A stretch of DNA of 64,000 bases from an uncultured bacterium (GTDB lineage: Bacteria; Fermentibacterota; Fermentibacteria; Fermentibacterales; Fermentibacteraceae). A program made the translations under genes and the position numbers. The notes beneath the pieces were generated by a model, which did not search any database, was not told where the DNA came from, and worked only from the letters and a program-made list of their open reading frames with translations. Positions 37,653-47,229 of this stretch are shown piece by piece. The stretch spans positions 485,638-549,637 of the forward strand of contig CAZRWD010000001.1 of NCBI GenBank assembly GCA_964603785.1, given 5' to 3'. Positions within the stretch are counted from its first letter, which is position 1; every line of letters starts with the position of its first letter.

Positions 37653-38932
37653 AGAGGGCGGCCGGGCAGTACCGCGACGGTCTGAGGGCCTTCTCCCCCA
37701 ACGTGAGGCTGTTCATCCTCGGGGGCCTCTTCAACGGCCTGGGCATGTCGGTCTTCGGTCTGCTCTTCAACCTCTTCCTGAAGGAACAGGGCTTCACCGA
37801 GGGCGGGATAGGCAGGATCATCTCGGCCGGCGCCCTGGGGGCGACCATAGCGGCGGTGCCCGCGGCGCTGGTGCTCGAGCGCGTGAGGATAAAGAAGGTT
37901 CTGATCTGGTCGACCGTCCTCGCGGCCGTCTCGTACGCTCTCATGATACGCTTCCGCACGGCCTCCATCCTCATGCCGGCCAGCCTGGCCGCGACCATGT
38001 TCGTGACCTTCTACCGCATCTCGGCATCGCCCTTCCTGATGGCCCACGGCGACCCCTCGCGCAGGATCTACGCATTCAGCATGCACTCCGCGGTGGGGAT
38101 GCTTTCGAGCGTCCTGGGATTCTCGCTCGGAGGCTACCTGCCCGAGGTCCTGCAGAAGTGGGGCCTGGCCCCCGACACCACCACCGCACAGGAGGCATCG
38201 CTGTATTTCGCGATAGCGGCGAGCCTGGTCTCCATAGTGCCGTTCATGGGCATCCGCAGCCTCCCGCCGCAGGCCCGACACGGGGGCCGCACGTTCGTGC
38301 ACAGGCTGAGGGCCTACGACTGGCCGGTGATCTGGAGGCTGATGGTGCCCAAGATCCTCGTGGGCCTCGGCGCCGGGCTGGTCATCCCGTTCATGAACCT
38401 CTACTTCCGGGGGGAGTTCGGGCTGGCCTCCGGGGAGATCGGCCTCTACTTCTCGATAATGCAGGTTGGGCTCCTCTTCGGGATGCTGGCCGCACCGCTC
38501 GTCACCTCGATGTTCGGGATGGTCGGCAGCATCGTGCTCTCCGAGCTCGCCTCGATCCCGTTCATGCTCGTGCTGGCTCTCACGAGGAACCTGCCGCTCG
38601 CGGTCGTCGCCTTCGTGATGCGCGGCTCGCTCATGAACATGAACCTGCCCATCGCGGCCAACTTCGAGATGGAGCTCCTGCGCGAGGAGGACAGGCCCTT
38701 CACGAACGCCGTCTCCTCCGTGGCCTGGAACGGGGCCTGGACGGTCAGCACCGCGCTGGGCGGCTCGATCATCGAGAAGTTCTCGTTCGCGTGGTCGTTC
38801 TACATGACGATCGGTTTCTACCTGCTGTCGGCGGCGAGCTACTGGCTGCTCCTGGGGCGGGGAAGGTTCTCCGGGAGGGGATCCGGGCGATGCCCTATCC
38901 CGGGGTCCGGCGCTCCGACAGTATCGCCCTGA
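37649..38932 (+). CDS. MFS transporter
   Basis: GTG start overlapping the EamA stop (GTGA). Twelve TM segments, with the MFS motif-A-like GRIISAGALGATIAAVPAALVLERVRIKK between TM2 and TM3. Confidence 0.8.
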   Translation: MKRAAGQYRDGLRAFSPNVRLFILGGLFNGLGMSVFGLLFNLFLKEQGFTEGGIGRIISAGALGATIAAVPAALVLERVRIKKVLIWSTVLAAVSYALMIRFRTASILMPASLAATMFVTFYRISASPFLMAHGDPSRRIYAFSMHSAVGMLSSVLGFSLGGYLPEVLQKWGLAPDTTTAQEASLYFAIAASLVSIVPFMGIRSLPPQARHGGRTFVHRLRAYDWPVIWRLMVPKILVGLGAGLVIPFMNLYFRGEFGLASGEIGLYFSIMQVGLLFGMLAAPLVTSMFGMVGSIVLSELASIPFMLVLALTRNLPLAVVAFVMRGSLMNMNLPIAANFEMELLREEDRPFTNAVSSVAWNGAWTVSTALGGSIIEKFSFAWSFYMTIGFYLLSAASYWLLLGRGRFSGRGSGRCPIPGSGAPTVSP

Positions 38933-40076
38933 CAGTATCGCCGTCCATGACTCCCAGGTCGCAGAGGCACCCCCCCAGAGCCTCCACCACTGCCGGGTCG
39001 AACTCTGTCCCGGATCCCGCCGTCACGCAGCGATATGCGTCGGCATGAGTCATTGGCCTGCGGTAGTGCCGCTGCGAGGTCAGGGCCTCGAAGACGTCGG
39101 CCACGGCGATCACCCTTCCCCCGATCGATATCTCGGCGCCGGACAGGCCCCCGGGATATCCGCTCCCGTCGAGCCTCTCGTGGTGCTCGATGGCGAACCG
39201 GGGGACCGATCGCAGGTTCTCCTCGAACTCGATGGCGAAGAGAATCCTGCGGGTGTGGTCGACGTGCGACCTCATCACCCGGGTCTCCTCCTCGTCGAGC
39301 TGCTCGGGCTTGCGCAGGACCTGGTCGGGCACGCCGATCTTCCCGTAGTCGTGCAGCAGGGCCGCGTACTCGATCTCCCTCACCGTCTCGTCGGGCAGGC
39401 CCAGGTTCCTGGCGATCCCCGAGGAGTATCTCATCACGTTCATGCTGTGGCCCGCGGTCATCGGGTCCCTGGCCTCTATGGAGTCCGCGAGGGCGCGGAT
39501 GAGCGAGTCGAACATCCTGCTCCGCTGCTCGTAAAGCGCCACGTTCTCCAGCGTCACGGCGGCCTCCCCGGCAACCGCCTGCAGGAACTCGGCGTCCTCC
39601 CTGTCGAAGCCCCCCTCGAGCCGGTTGACGGCCTGGAACACGCCGATGGTGTAGCCGCGCGTATTGACTATCGGCACGGAGAGGATGCTCCTCGTGCTGA
39701 AGCCCGTCATCCTGTCGATCGACGGGTTGAACCTCGGGTCGAGCGAGACGTCGTTCACGATCTCGGTGCTCGAGTTCCTGAACGAGTATCCCGCGATGCC
39801 CTCGTCGATCCCGAACCAGATCTGCTCGGAGAGCCCCTCGGCTATGAAGGACCAGAGCTCGCGCCTCGAGTCGTCGTAAAGGAACACCGTGGAGCGCACC
39901 GCGCCGATGGCGGCACTCGTCTCGCTCGCAAGCAGGCCGATGAGCGACCGCAGGTCCTTCGCCTGTCCGATCGCCCTGAGGATGCGCAGGAGCGCCTGGA
40001 GCTTCCTGGTGTCCTCCAGTGCGACGGGAAGGCCCTCGATCCTCGCGGGCGGCGCGATCCTGCCGTGCTGCTCCAT
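38895..40076 (-). CDS. GAF domain - HD-GYP phosphodiesterase (c-di-GMP signalling)
   Basis: GAF region (…STVFLYDDSRRELWSF…), then HD (ALLHDYGKIGVPD) and the HHERLDGSGYP GYP motif. Start chosen at MEQHGRIAPP. Confidence 0.85.
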   Translation of the reverse strand: MEQHGRIAPPARIEGLPVALEDTRKLQALLRILRAIGQAKDLRSLIGLLASETSAAIGAVRSTVFLYDDSRRELWSFIAEGLSEQIWFGIDEGIAGYSFRNSSTEIVNDVSLDPRFNPSIDRMTGFSTRSILSVPIVNTRGYTIGVFQAVNRLEGGFDREDAEFLQAVAGEAAVTLENVALYEQRSRMFDSLIRALADSIEARDPMTAGHSMNVMRYSSGIARNLGLPDETVREIEYAALLHDYGKIGVPDQVLRKPEQLDEEETRVMRSHVDHTRRILFAIEFEENLRSVPRFAIEHHERLDGSGYPGGLSGAEISIGGRVIAVADVFEALTSQRHYRRPMTHADAYRCVTAGSGTEFDPAVVEALGGCLCDLGVMDGDTVRAILSERRTPG

Positions 40077-40080
40077 GAGC

Positions 40081-40722
40081 TCAGCCCTTCCCGCCGAGGG
40101 CGATCCGAACCATGTCCCGGACCAGACCCGAGGCGGCCCCGAGAAGGAAACCCGCGAACGCCCCGGCCGCGGCACCCCCGGGGCTGCGCAGGGCTATCCC
40201 CAGGATCGCAGCCGCGGACACGGCTCCCCAGAGGCCCCATCTCAGCCATGACCGGTGCGCTCCGGTCGAAGCCCTCCAGGACTTCAGGTCGACCTCCGTC
40301 GGCAGGTCCGGTCGCGACCTGCTGATCGCAAGCCCGATCTCCAGACCGGCCTTCCTGTTCTCGCCGTAGAAGGGCATCGGCCTGAAGAGGTAGTGCCTGG
40401 GGGGCTCGCCGGAGGGCTTCACCACGAGATGGGTCGTCACTCCCTCGGCGATCGCCGCCCCCAGGTTGAGCTTCGCCCATCCGGGCATGGACGAGTCCCC
40501 GGAGCCTGCCGAGATCCCTTCGAGGCGGGAGTATTCCAGGTGCTCGACCGACTTCGTGCGGAGGGCCAGTGTGATGGTCTCCAGGACCAGTCTGGTGGGC
40601 GTGGCTCCTGCGAGCACGTTCCGCATCCCGAGCACGCCCCAGCCCCAGGCGAGCAGATCCTCGGAACCGGCGACCGCCCGGAGCCGTCTCCCGACCGCCT
40701 CCCTGTCGAGCCTCTCCGCCAT
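40081..40722 (-). CDS. Hypothetical protein with C-terminal TM helices, co-operonic with the HD-GYP gene
   Basis: ORF MAERLDREAVGRR...; the C-terminus LWGAVSAAAILGIALRSPGGAAAGAFAGFLLGAASGLV is hydrophobic. Sits 5 bp upstream of the HD-GYP start. No known domain recognised. Confidence 0.4.
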   Translation of the reverse strand: MAERLDREAVGRRLRAVAGSEDLLAWGWGVLGMRNVLAGATPTRLVLETITLALRTKSVEHLEYSRLEGISAGSGDSSMPGWAKLNLGAAIAEGVTTHLVVKPSGEPPRHYLFRPMPFYGENRKAGLEIGLAISRSRPDLPTEVDLKSWRASTGAHRSWLRWGLWGAVSAAAILGIALRSPGGAAAGAFAGFLLGAASGLVRDMVRIALGGKG

Positions 40723-40841
40723 CCGCGAACCTCCTCCCACCGATTCTAGCGACTCGACGGCCGGGTGGAGAAGGGCGGGCGTTGACTTGCGTCCTCCGCC
40801 GGCAATAATGAGTGTTGCATCAACTCACCCGGAGGATGTGC

Positions 40842-42956
40842 ATGGCGGTTCTGTCGACGATACGCAGGCTTCCCTGGGCTCTCAGGATGCTGCTCCTGTC
40901 CCTCGCGACCGCGGCCGCCGTCTTCGGCGCCACCCGTCTCGACTTCATGCAGAAGCTCGAGAGCAGCACGCTCGACCTGAGGTTCCGCCTCCAGCCGACC
41001 GCAGCGGACGCGAGAGTGATCATAGTCGCGGTGGACGGCTCCTCCCTGGAGAGGATCTCCTGGGTCGGCTGGCCCTGGCCGAGACAGATGTACGCCGACT
41101 GCATCGGGCTCCTGCGGCGCTGGGGTGCCCGGGTGGTCGCATTCGACATCATCTATGCCGATCCCTCCCAGTACGGGGCGTTCGACGACTTCGCCCTCAG
41201 GGACAGCTCGGCCGCCTTCGGAGGGACGGTCTTCGCCCTCTCCCTCTCGAGGGGGGGCGGGGTGTCGTCCGACCCCGTTCCGACCCGTGCAGTCATCCCC
41301 CTTGCAGGCGACACGGGAGGGCTTGATTCGGCCTGGAGCTGCGAAGCCCCCCACGACTCGCTCCTGCCCGGGGCCGGGGCGTTCGGGAACGTGAGCGCTC
41401 CTCCCGACCCTGACGGCGTCTACAGACGCGTGGGCGTCTTCACCGACACTCCAGCCGGACCCGTGCCATCCCTCGCCATGTCCGCCGCCTGGCTCGCCGC
41501 CGGGAGGCCCGAATTGTCGCTGGAGCCCGACAGGCTCGTCTTCGGCGATGCCGAGATACCGCTGGACGGCGAGTACGGGATGATGCTCCGGTTCCGGGGG
41601 CCCACGGCCACATTCCGGTACGTGCCGGTAGCCGACCTCCTCGAAGCCGTCCAGGCGCGCTGGACCGGCGCACCCTCGCCCGTGGACTCCACAATCTTCC
41701 GCGATGCCATAGTGTTCTTCGGTTACACAGCCGCCGGCCTCTACGACCTCAAGCCCACCCCGTACTCCGGAGTGTGCCCCGGCGTCGAGGTGCATGCCAC
41801 GGCCGTCGACAACATCCTCTCGGGGACGGCTCTGCGCAGGCCCGGCCCGGTGGCGGTCCTCGCGGCCACCCTGCTGATGTCCATCCTGTGCGGCATGGTC
41901 TTCCTGCTGAGGAGGGCCGTGCTGGTGCAGGTGCTCCTCGGCACGGCCGTGCTGGCGGTCTTCGCGGTAGCCAGCTTCCTGCTCTTCTCGGCCGACATCT
42001 GGCTCGAGTCGGTCTCCCCCCTCTCGGCAGGCCTGCTCTCGCTCCTGGGGGGGAGCATCCTCTCCTACAGCCGTGCGAACCGGCAGAGGCGCGAGATACG
42101 CGCGGCCTTCTCGCAGTACCTCTCCCCTGCCGTCGTCGAGCAGCTCTCGAGACATCCCGAAAGGCTGCGCCTGGGAGGCGAGCAGAGGGAGATGACGGTC
42201 TACTTCTCCGATCTGGCCGGCTTCACGACATTCTCCGAGAAGCTAACCCCGGAGGAGCTGGTCCACCTCCTGAACCGCTACCTGACTCTCATGACGGACA
42301 CCGTCCTCTCCTTCGGCGGGACGCTGGACAAGTACATCGGCGACGCCATCGTCGCCTTCTGGAACGCGCCGCTCGAATGCGCCGACCATGCCGCCACGGC
42401 ATGCAGGACGGTCCTGGAGATGAGGATGTCGCTCGCCGGGCTCAACGCCCTGCTGGCGGCCGAGGGCCTTCCCGAGCTGAAGCCCAGGACGGGGCTGAAC
42501 ACCGGTCTGATGACCGTCGGCAACATGGGCTCCTCGCGGAGGTTCGACTACACGGTGATGGGCAGCTCCGTGAACCTCGCGTCGAGGCTCGAGGGCGTGA
42601 ACAAGTACTACGGGACCATGATCATGGCGTCGAAGGCCACCGTGGCTGCGGCGGGGCCGGGATTCGTCTTCCGCGAGCTGGACACCATCAGGGTGGTCGG
42701 CCAGGTGACTCCCGTGAACATATTCGAGCTCCTGGGGTACGAGGGCATGGTGGAGCAGCCCGTGCTCGGGAGGGCCGCCTCATACGCCGTGGCTCTGGCG
42801 GCCTACAGGGCCGGCGACTTCACCAGGGCTTCCGCCCTGTTCGCATCGCTGGCGGACGACCCGCCCTCCTCTGTCATGCGGAGGCGGTGCGAAGGCATGC
42901 AGGCCGAAGGCGCCCCCGGAGGATGGGATGGCGTCTGGGACATGACATCCAAGTAG
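40842..42956 (+). CDS. CHASE2 sensor domain - class III adenylate/guanylate cyclase
   Basis: N-terminal TM plus periplasmic CHASE2 (VIIVAVDGSSLERISWVGWPWPRQMYADCI), TM cluster, then cyclase MTVYFSDLAGFTTFSEKL...KYIGDAIVAFWNAP...GLNTGLMTVGNMGS. ATG at 40842 is 6 nt after GGAGG. Confidence 0.85.
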   Translation: MAVLSTIRRLPWALRMLLLSLATAAAVFGATRLDFMQKLESSTLDLRFRLQPTAADARVIIVAVDGSSLERISWVGWPWPRQMYADCIGLLRRWGARVVAFDIIYADPSQYGAFDDFALRDSSAAFGGTVFALSLSRGGGVSSDPVPTRAVIPLAGDTGGLDSAWSCEAPHDSLLPGAGAFGNVSAPPDPDGVYRRVGVFTDTPAGPVPSLAMSAAWLAAGRPELSLEPDRLVFGDAEIPLDGEYGMMLRFRGPTATFRYVPVADLLEAVQARWTGAPSPVDSTIFRDAIVFFGYTAAGLYDLKPTPYSGVCPGVEVHATAVDNILSGTALRRPGPVAVLAATLLMSILCGMVFLLRRAVLVQVLLGTAVLAVFAVASFLLFSADIWLESVSPLSAGLLSLLGGSILSYSRANRQRREIRAAFSQYLSPAVVEQLSRHPERLRLGGEQREMTVYFSDLAGFTTFSEKLTPEELVHLLNRYLTLMTDTVLSFGGTLDKYIGDAIVAFWNAPLECADHAATACRTVLEMRMSLAGLNALLAAEGLPELKPRTGLNTGLMTVGNMGSSRRFDYTVMGSSVNLASRLEGVNKYYGTMIMASKATVAAAGPGFVFRELDTIRVVGQVTPVNIFELLGYEGMVEQPVLGRAASYAVALAAYRAGDFTRASALFASLADDPPSSVMRRRCEGMQAEGAPGGWDGVWDMTSK

Positions 42957-42971
42957 CGAGAGGTTGGAGGC

Positions 42972-43478
42972 ATGACGATTCTGATGGTTCTGGCAGTGCT
43001 GGCGACCGATCCGATCATCGCCCCGGGCGACCAGGTGACGGTGAAGGTCCTCAGCCAGCACCTCTTCCCCTCCCCGGCATTCTATTCGCAGCCCGTAGCC
43101 GAGCTCGCCCTGGGCCAGGTGCTCACCGTCCTGGAGTCGGGAACCCAGTGGTTCAGGGTTTCGGCATCCAGCTCGCTCACCGGGTGGGTGCACTCGAGCG
43201 CGATCACCCCGGCCTCCGCGGGCAGCGGCTCGGTCGGCTCCGGATCGGGGGCGGTCTCCCAGGATGAGGTCACCCTCGCCGGAAGGGGCTTCAATTCCGA
43301 GATAGAGGCCGCATACTCCAGCGACAATCCCGGGCTCGACTTCGACAAGGTCGACGCCATCGAGGGCTTCGAGGTCTCCACGCAGCTGCTCGAGGCCTTC
43401 CTGGCAGCCGGGAGCCTGGTGGAGGGCCCGCTCGTGCAGGAGACCCCGGCTCCGTCCTCGGGAGGTTCCTCGAGATGA
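42972..43478 (+). CDS. Secreted bacterial SH3-like (SH3b) domain protein
   Basis: Signal-like MTILMVLAVLATDPIIAP. ...VKVLSQ....SPAFYSQPVAELALGQVLTVLESGTQWFRVS...GWVHSSAI fits an SH3b pattern. Confidence 0.45.
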   Translation: MTILMVLAVLATDPIIAPGDQVTVKVLSQHLFPSPAFYSQPVAELALGQVLTVLESGTQWFRVSASSSLTGWVHSSAITPASAGSGSVGSGSGAVSQDEVTLAGRGFNSEIEAAYSSDNPGLDFDKVDAIEGFEVSTQLLEAFLAAGSLVEGPLVQETPAPSSGGSSR

Positions 43479-44479
43479 TCACCACGCTCTGCATCCTCGG
43501 CGTCCTGGGCTTCGGGCTGGGCGACCTGACAGACATCGTCGAGAGCGACGACTTCCAGACAGCGGTCGATGTGGTGGACGCGTTCAGGACAGCCAACAGG
43601 GAGATCTCGGCCAGCGAGGAGTACTACCTGGGCCGGGCCGTCGCGGCCAACATACTCGAGAGCTACAGCCCGGTCGGCGGTTTCGACTTCAACACATACC
43701 TCAACTCGGTCGGCGGCTGGGTCGCCATGAACTCACCGGTCCCCTGCACCTATGGCGGATGGCACTTCCAGCTGCTCTCGTCCTCCGAGATCAACGCCAT
43801 GGCCTGCCCGGGCGGCACCATCCTCATCACGAGGGGTCTCCTCGACCAGGTGCGCGACGAGGACGAGCTGGCATGCGTCCTGGCGCACGAGATAGCGCAT
43901 GTCTGCCTTCGGCACGGCGTCGGTGCCGTGCAGCAGGCCCGCTGGACCGAGGCCTTCATGGTTGCGGGCATGGCGGGCGCCGAGAGGCTCGGCTCGGCCG
44001 ACGTGCAGGAGGCGGCGGACAGCTACGGCGACATCGCCGCCGACATAACCGAGGCCCTCGTCACGAAGGGCTACTCCAGGGAGGCCGAACGCGAGGCCGA
44101 CAGCCTCGCAGTGCTGATCGCCGCCTCCGCGGGGTACGACCCCCACGGGCTCGAGAGGGTTCTCGAGAGGATGGCGGCAGTGACCGCCCGCAGCGGTCCG
44201 GGCTTCTGGCAGACTCATCCATCCCCCGAGGACAGGATAGACGGTCTGGCCCTCGGCGGCTACGGACCCACCCCCGGATACGAGGCCAGGAAGACCCGGT
44301 TCATCGCGGCGCTGGCATCCGCCTCGGAACCTGCATCCTACGGACCCGGCACGCCCTCTTCCGGAACTGCGACGGGCGGCAGGGGCACGACTTCGTCGGG
44401 AGGCTCGTCGGGCGGCACCTCGGGAGGAAGGGGCGGTTCTTCCGGCTCGTCCGGCTCTTCCGGAGGAACCTCCAGGTAG
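43475..44479 (+). CDS. M48-family zinc metallopeptidase with Gly/Ser-rich C-terminal tail
   Basis: HEXXH as LAHEIAHVCLRH plus GYDPHGL. Ends ...GTATGGRGTTSSGGSSGGTSGGRGGSSGSSGSSGGTSR. ATGA overlap with the upstream SH3b gene. Confidence 0.8.
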   Translation: MITTLCILGVLGFGLGDLTDIVESDDFQTAVDVVDAFRTANREISASEEYYLGRAVAANILESYSPVGGFDFNTYLNSVGGWVAMNSPVPCTYGGWHFQLLSSSEINAMACPGGTILITRGLLDQVRDEDELACVLAHEIAHVCLRHGVGAVQQARWTEAFMVAGMAGAERLGSADVQEAADSYGDIAADITEALVTKGYSREAEREADSLAVLIAASAGYDPHGLERVLERMAAVTARSGPGFWQTHPSPEDRIDGLALGGYGPTPGYEARKTRFIAALASASEPASYGPGTPSSGTATGGRGTTSSGGSSGGTSGGRGGSSGSSGSSGGTSR

Positions 44480-44492
44480 CCCCTCCCCTCCC

Positions 44493-45318
44493 ATGAGGCA
44501 TCCCATCCTTGCAGGGCTGTTCCCGGCGTTGCTGATCAGCTCCTGCGGCGCATCCGGAACAGGCCCGGCCGCAGGAGCCGGGGTCCCGGACGCTTCCTCC
44601 CCCCCACCCCGCCGCATCGACGGTGGCCCGCTGGGTTCCGACGGTTCTGGACACGCTGCCCCACGACGCGGGTGCATTCACCCAGGGCCTGCTCATGTGG
44701 GGCGGGGACATCTATGAATCTACGGGAGGGTACGGGTCGTCCACCATCAGGCGCATGGATTACCCCGAAATGCTCTCCATCAGCATCATAGACCTTCCGG
44801 ACTCGATATTCGCCGAAGGCATCGCCGCCATGGGGGACACTCTTTACATGCTGACATGGAGGGAGGGCCTGGTCCTCCTCTACTCGCTGCCCGGGCTGGA
44901 GCCTCTGGGCGTGCTGGCGGCCGACGGCGAGGGATGGGGGCTCGCCTCCGACTCCTCCGTGCTCTTCTCCAGCGACGGATCGTCGGTCGTCACAGTCAGG
45001 GACCCGTCGACCTTCGCTCCGCTTCGGCGCTTCACGGTATCGATGAGCGGCATGCCAGTGGCGCTCCTGAACGAGCTGGAATACAGGGACGGCACCCTCT
45101 ATGCGAACCAGTGGGGCACGGACCTGGTCTTCGCATTCGATCCGTCGGACGGAAGGGTGCAGGGCATCGTCGATGCCTCGGGCCTTCTCGCCCCGGCCGA
45201 GAGGGGCCGGGCGGACGTCCTCAACGGCATCGCATTCGACCAGGAGGGCAGGATGCTGCTCACGGGCAAGTACTGGCCCGCGGTCTTCGCTGCGGAGGCT
45301 CCCCTTGATACCCTATGA
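44493..45318 (+). CDS. Glutaminyl-peptide cyclotransferase (bacterial/plant beta-propeller type), lipoprotein; apparent frameshift in a C7 run
   Basis: Frame 0: MRHPILAGLFPALLISSCGASG (lipobox) to 44717. Frame +1 from about 44600: ...PHDAGAFTQGLLMWGGDIYESTGGYGSSTIRR... (PF05096-like) to 45318. Removing one C from tcctcccccccacccc (about 44594-44609) joins the signal peptide to the catalytic domain. Confidence 0.6.
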
Positions 45319-45688
45319 CTCCCTGATAACCTTCTTCAGGACGCCCGACCTCGATCGCATCTCGTTCTTCTACGGAGAGGTCGTGGGTCTGGAGATGGTT
45401 CTGGACCAGGGAGGATGCAGGATCTTCAGGGCCGCGCGTTCGGCATATCTCGGGTTCTGCAGGTGCGACCGGCCCGAGCCTCCCGGCGACACCGTGGTCA
45501 CCCTGGTGACGGACGACGTGGACGGGGTCTCCAGACGGCTCTCCGAAGCGGGTGTCCCCTGCGAGAAGGAGCCCGGCGTGACCCCGCGCTACGCCATCTA
45601 CAACTCGTTCTTCATCGATCCGGACGGACGGAGGCTGGAGGTCCAGAGATTCCTGGACCCCGAATGGAGCAGGTCCGGACCGTCCTGA
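45305..45688 (+). CDS. VOC/glyoxalase-family protein (TTG start inferred)
   Basis: ...ITFFRTPDLDRISFFYGEVVGLEMVLDQGGCRIFR....YNSFFIDPDGRRLEVQRF is a beta-alpha-beta-beta-beta VOC pattern. Only alternative start codons are available; it overlaps the cyclase stop. Confidence 0.5.
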   Translation: MIPYDSLITFFRTPDLDRISFFYGEVVGLEMVLDQGGCRIFRAARSAYLGFCRCDRPEPPGDTVVTLVTDDVDGVSRRLSEAGVPCEKEPGVTPRYAIYNSFFIDPDGRRLEVQRFLDPEWSRSGPS

Positions 45689-45691
45689 GGA

Positions 45692-47086
45692 TCAGCGGGC
45701 CCTGATCCAGTCCGATATCATCCCGGTGAAGCCGGGCACGAATGCCCTCTCCAGATGGGCATACTCCTCGAACGATCCGTCGATGCCCTCCTGGAACAGG
45801 TGATTGGCACCCTGGATGACCACGACCTCGCTGCCCTCGACACCCGCCGTAGCAGCCCTCATCCTGGGCTCGTTGAGGGTCGTGCTCACCTGGGTGTCGA
45901 TCTCCCCGTAGAGGGCCAGGACCGGGCATTCCAGCGAAGCGGCCCGGGCGGCGGGGTCTTCGGTGAGGAAGTCGGCGAACCACGGGCTCTGCATGGTGGA
46001 CATGGTCTGGGAGACCGAGTTCTCGACGAACGCGTCGATGTCTCCCAGGGCGGCGAGCTGCTCCTGCGGCAGCTTCGCCAGTTCGTTCCTGGTCTGCTCC
46101 TCGAGTATCGCCCGCATGGCCTCCACGTCGCCCCCGGAGAGCACGGTGTCCATAAGGAGCCTCTGGAGGGCTACGAGGCTGTCCACCTCCTCCGGCGGGG
46201 TCCCGGACATGACCGCATAGATCTCCACCTGTCCGAGGAGTATGTCGTAGCCCGGAGCGGCCGGCCCCGCCATAGAGACGACGAAGTCGACCCCGCTACC
46301 CGCGCCTTCCAGAGCTGCAGCCCTGAGGGCGATGTTCGACCCCTCGCTGTGCCCCAGGAATCCTGTCCGGGAGCCGTCGACGCCGTCGGAGGACTCGAGT
46401 CGGGCGAGCAGTGCGAGCGCATCCCCGGCGAGCACCGAGTCCGTGACGCCCTCCAGTGCCCAGGGCTCGGCACCGAAACCCCTGTCGTCGCACCTGAGAG
46501 ACGCCACACCCTGCCTGGCCAGGGAGTCGGCGAGAACCGCGAAGACCTCGAATCCGAACACGTTCTCGTTCCTGTCCTGGATGCCGCTGCCAGTGAGCAT
46601 CACGACGCCGGGGAACGGTCCATCGCCCTCCGGGACGGTCAGGGTGCCCCTGTAGGTCCAGCCCTCCACGGCCACCTCGACCTCCTCGACCCTGTAGGGA
46701 AGGTCTCCGGTCATCGGGGCATGTGCCCTGGAGAGCTCGAAGGTGCCCGAAGCCATGCCCTGGGTGAAGGTCCCCGCGATGCCGTCCTCGCCTGCCGCAC
46801 CCGCGAAGGAGGCCGGGCCCAGGTTCGAGGGGAGGGTGAAGTAGATGCTGTCCCCCGCGAGCCTCAGATCGGTAAGCGGAAGCCCGAAGGCCCCCTGTAC
46901 CGGGATGTCGATCGTTGCCGACAGACCCTCTTCGTAGCGGGTGAACTCGACGGAGATCTCCAGCTCCATGCCCTGGACCAGCAGCGATCCGTCCCAGCGT
47001 CCGGTGATGTCGGGAGCGGCAGGAGCACCCCCGCAGGAGATCACGGTCAGAAATACCGCCGAGGCGATCCCGGTCCTGAGTGACAT
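45692..47086 (-). CDS. Alpha/beta-hydrolase fold lipoprotein
   Basis: Lipoprotein signal MSLRTGIASAVFLTVISCGG and nucleophile elbow GFLGHSEGSNIA. The start coordinate is approximate (plus or minus 1-2 nt). Confidence 0.7.
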   Translation of the reverse strand: MSLRTGIASAVFLTVISCGGAPAAPDITGRWDGSLLVQGMELEISVEFTRYEEGLSATIDIPVQGAFGLPLTDLRLAGDSIYFTLPSNLGPASFAGAAGEDGIAGTFTQGMASGTFELSRAHAPMTGDLPYRVEEVEVAVEGWTYRGTLTVPEGDGPFPGVVMLTGSGIQDRNENVFGFEVFAVLADSLARQGVASLRCDDRGFGAEPWALEGVTDSVLAGDALALLARLESSDGVDGSRTGFLGHSEGSNIALRAAALEGAGSGVDFVVSMAGPAAPGYDILLGQVEIYAVMSGTPPEEVDSLVALQRLLMDTVLSGGDVEAMRAILEEQTRNELAKLPQEQLAALGDIDAFVENSVSQTMSTMQSPWFADFLTEDPAARAASLECPVLALYGEIDTQVSTTLNEPRMRAATAGVEGSEVVVIQGANHLFQEGIDGSFEEYAHLERAFVPGFTGMISDWIRAR

Positions 47087-47229
47087 GACGACCTCCGTCC
47101 AGGTTGTTGTTCCCGAAGATATCCCGGAGGGTCGCCGCGGGGAAGGGAGGGACGCTCCCGCCGCCGGTGTGTATCTTGCCGGAGGGACAGTGCGATGCTG
47201 GTCATGCTTGGCTGGCGGAGGGAGATCGG

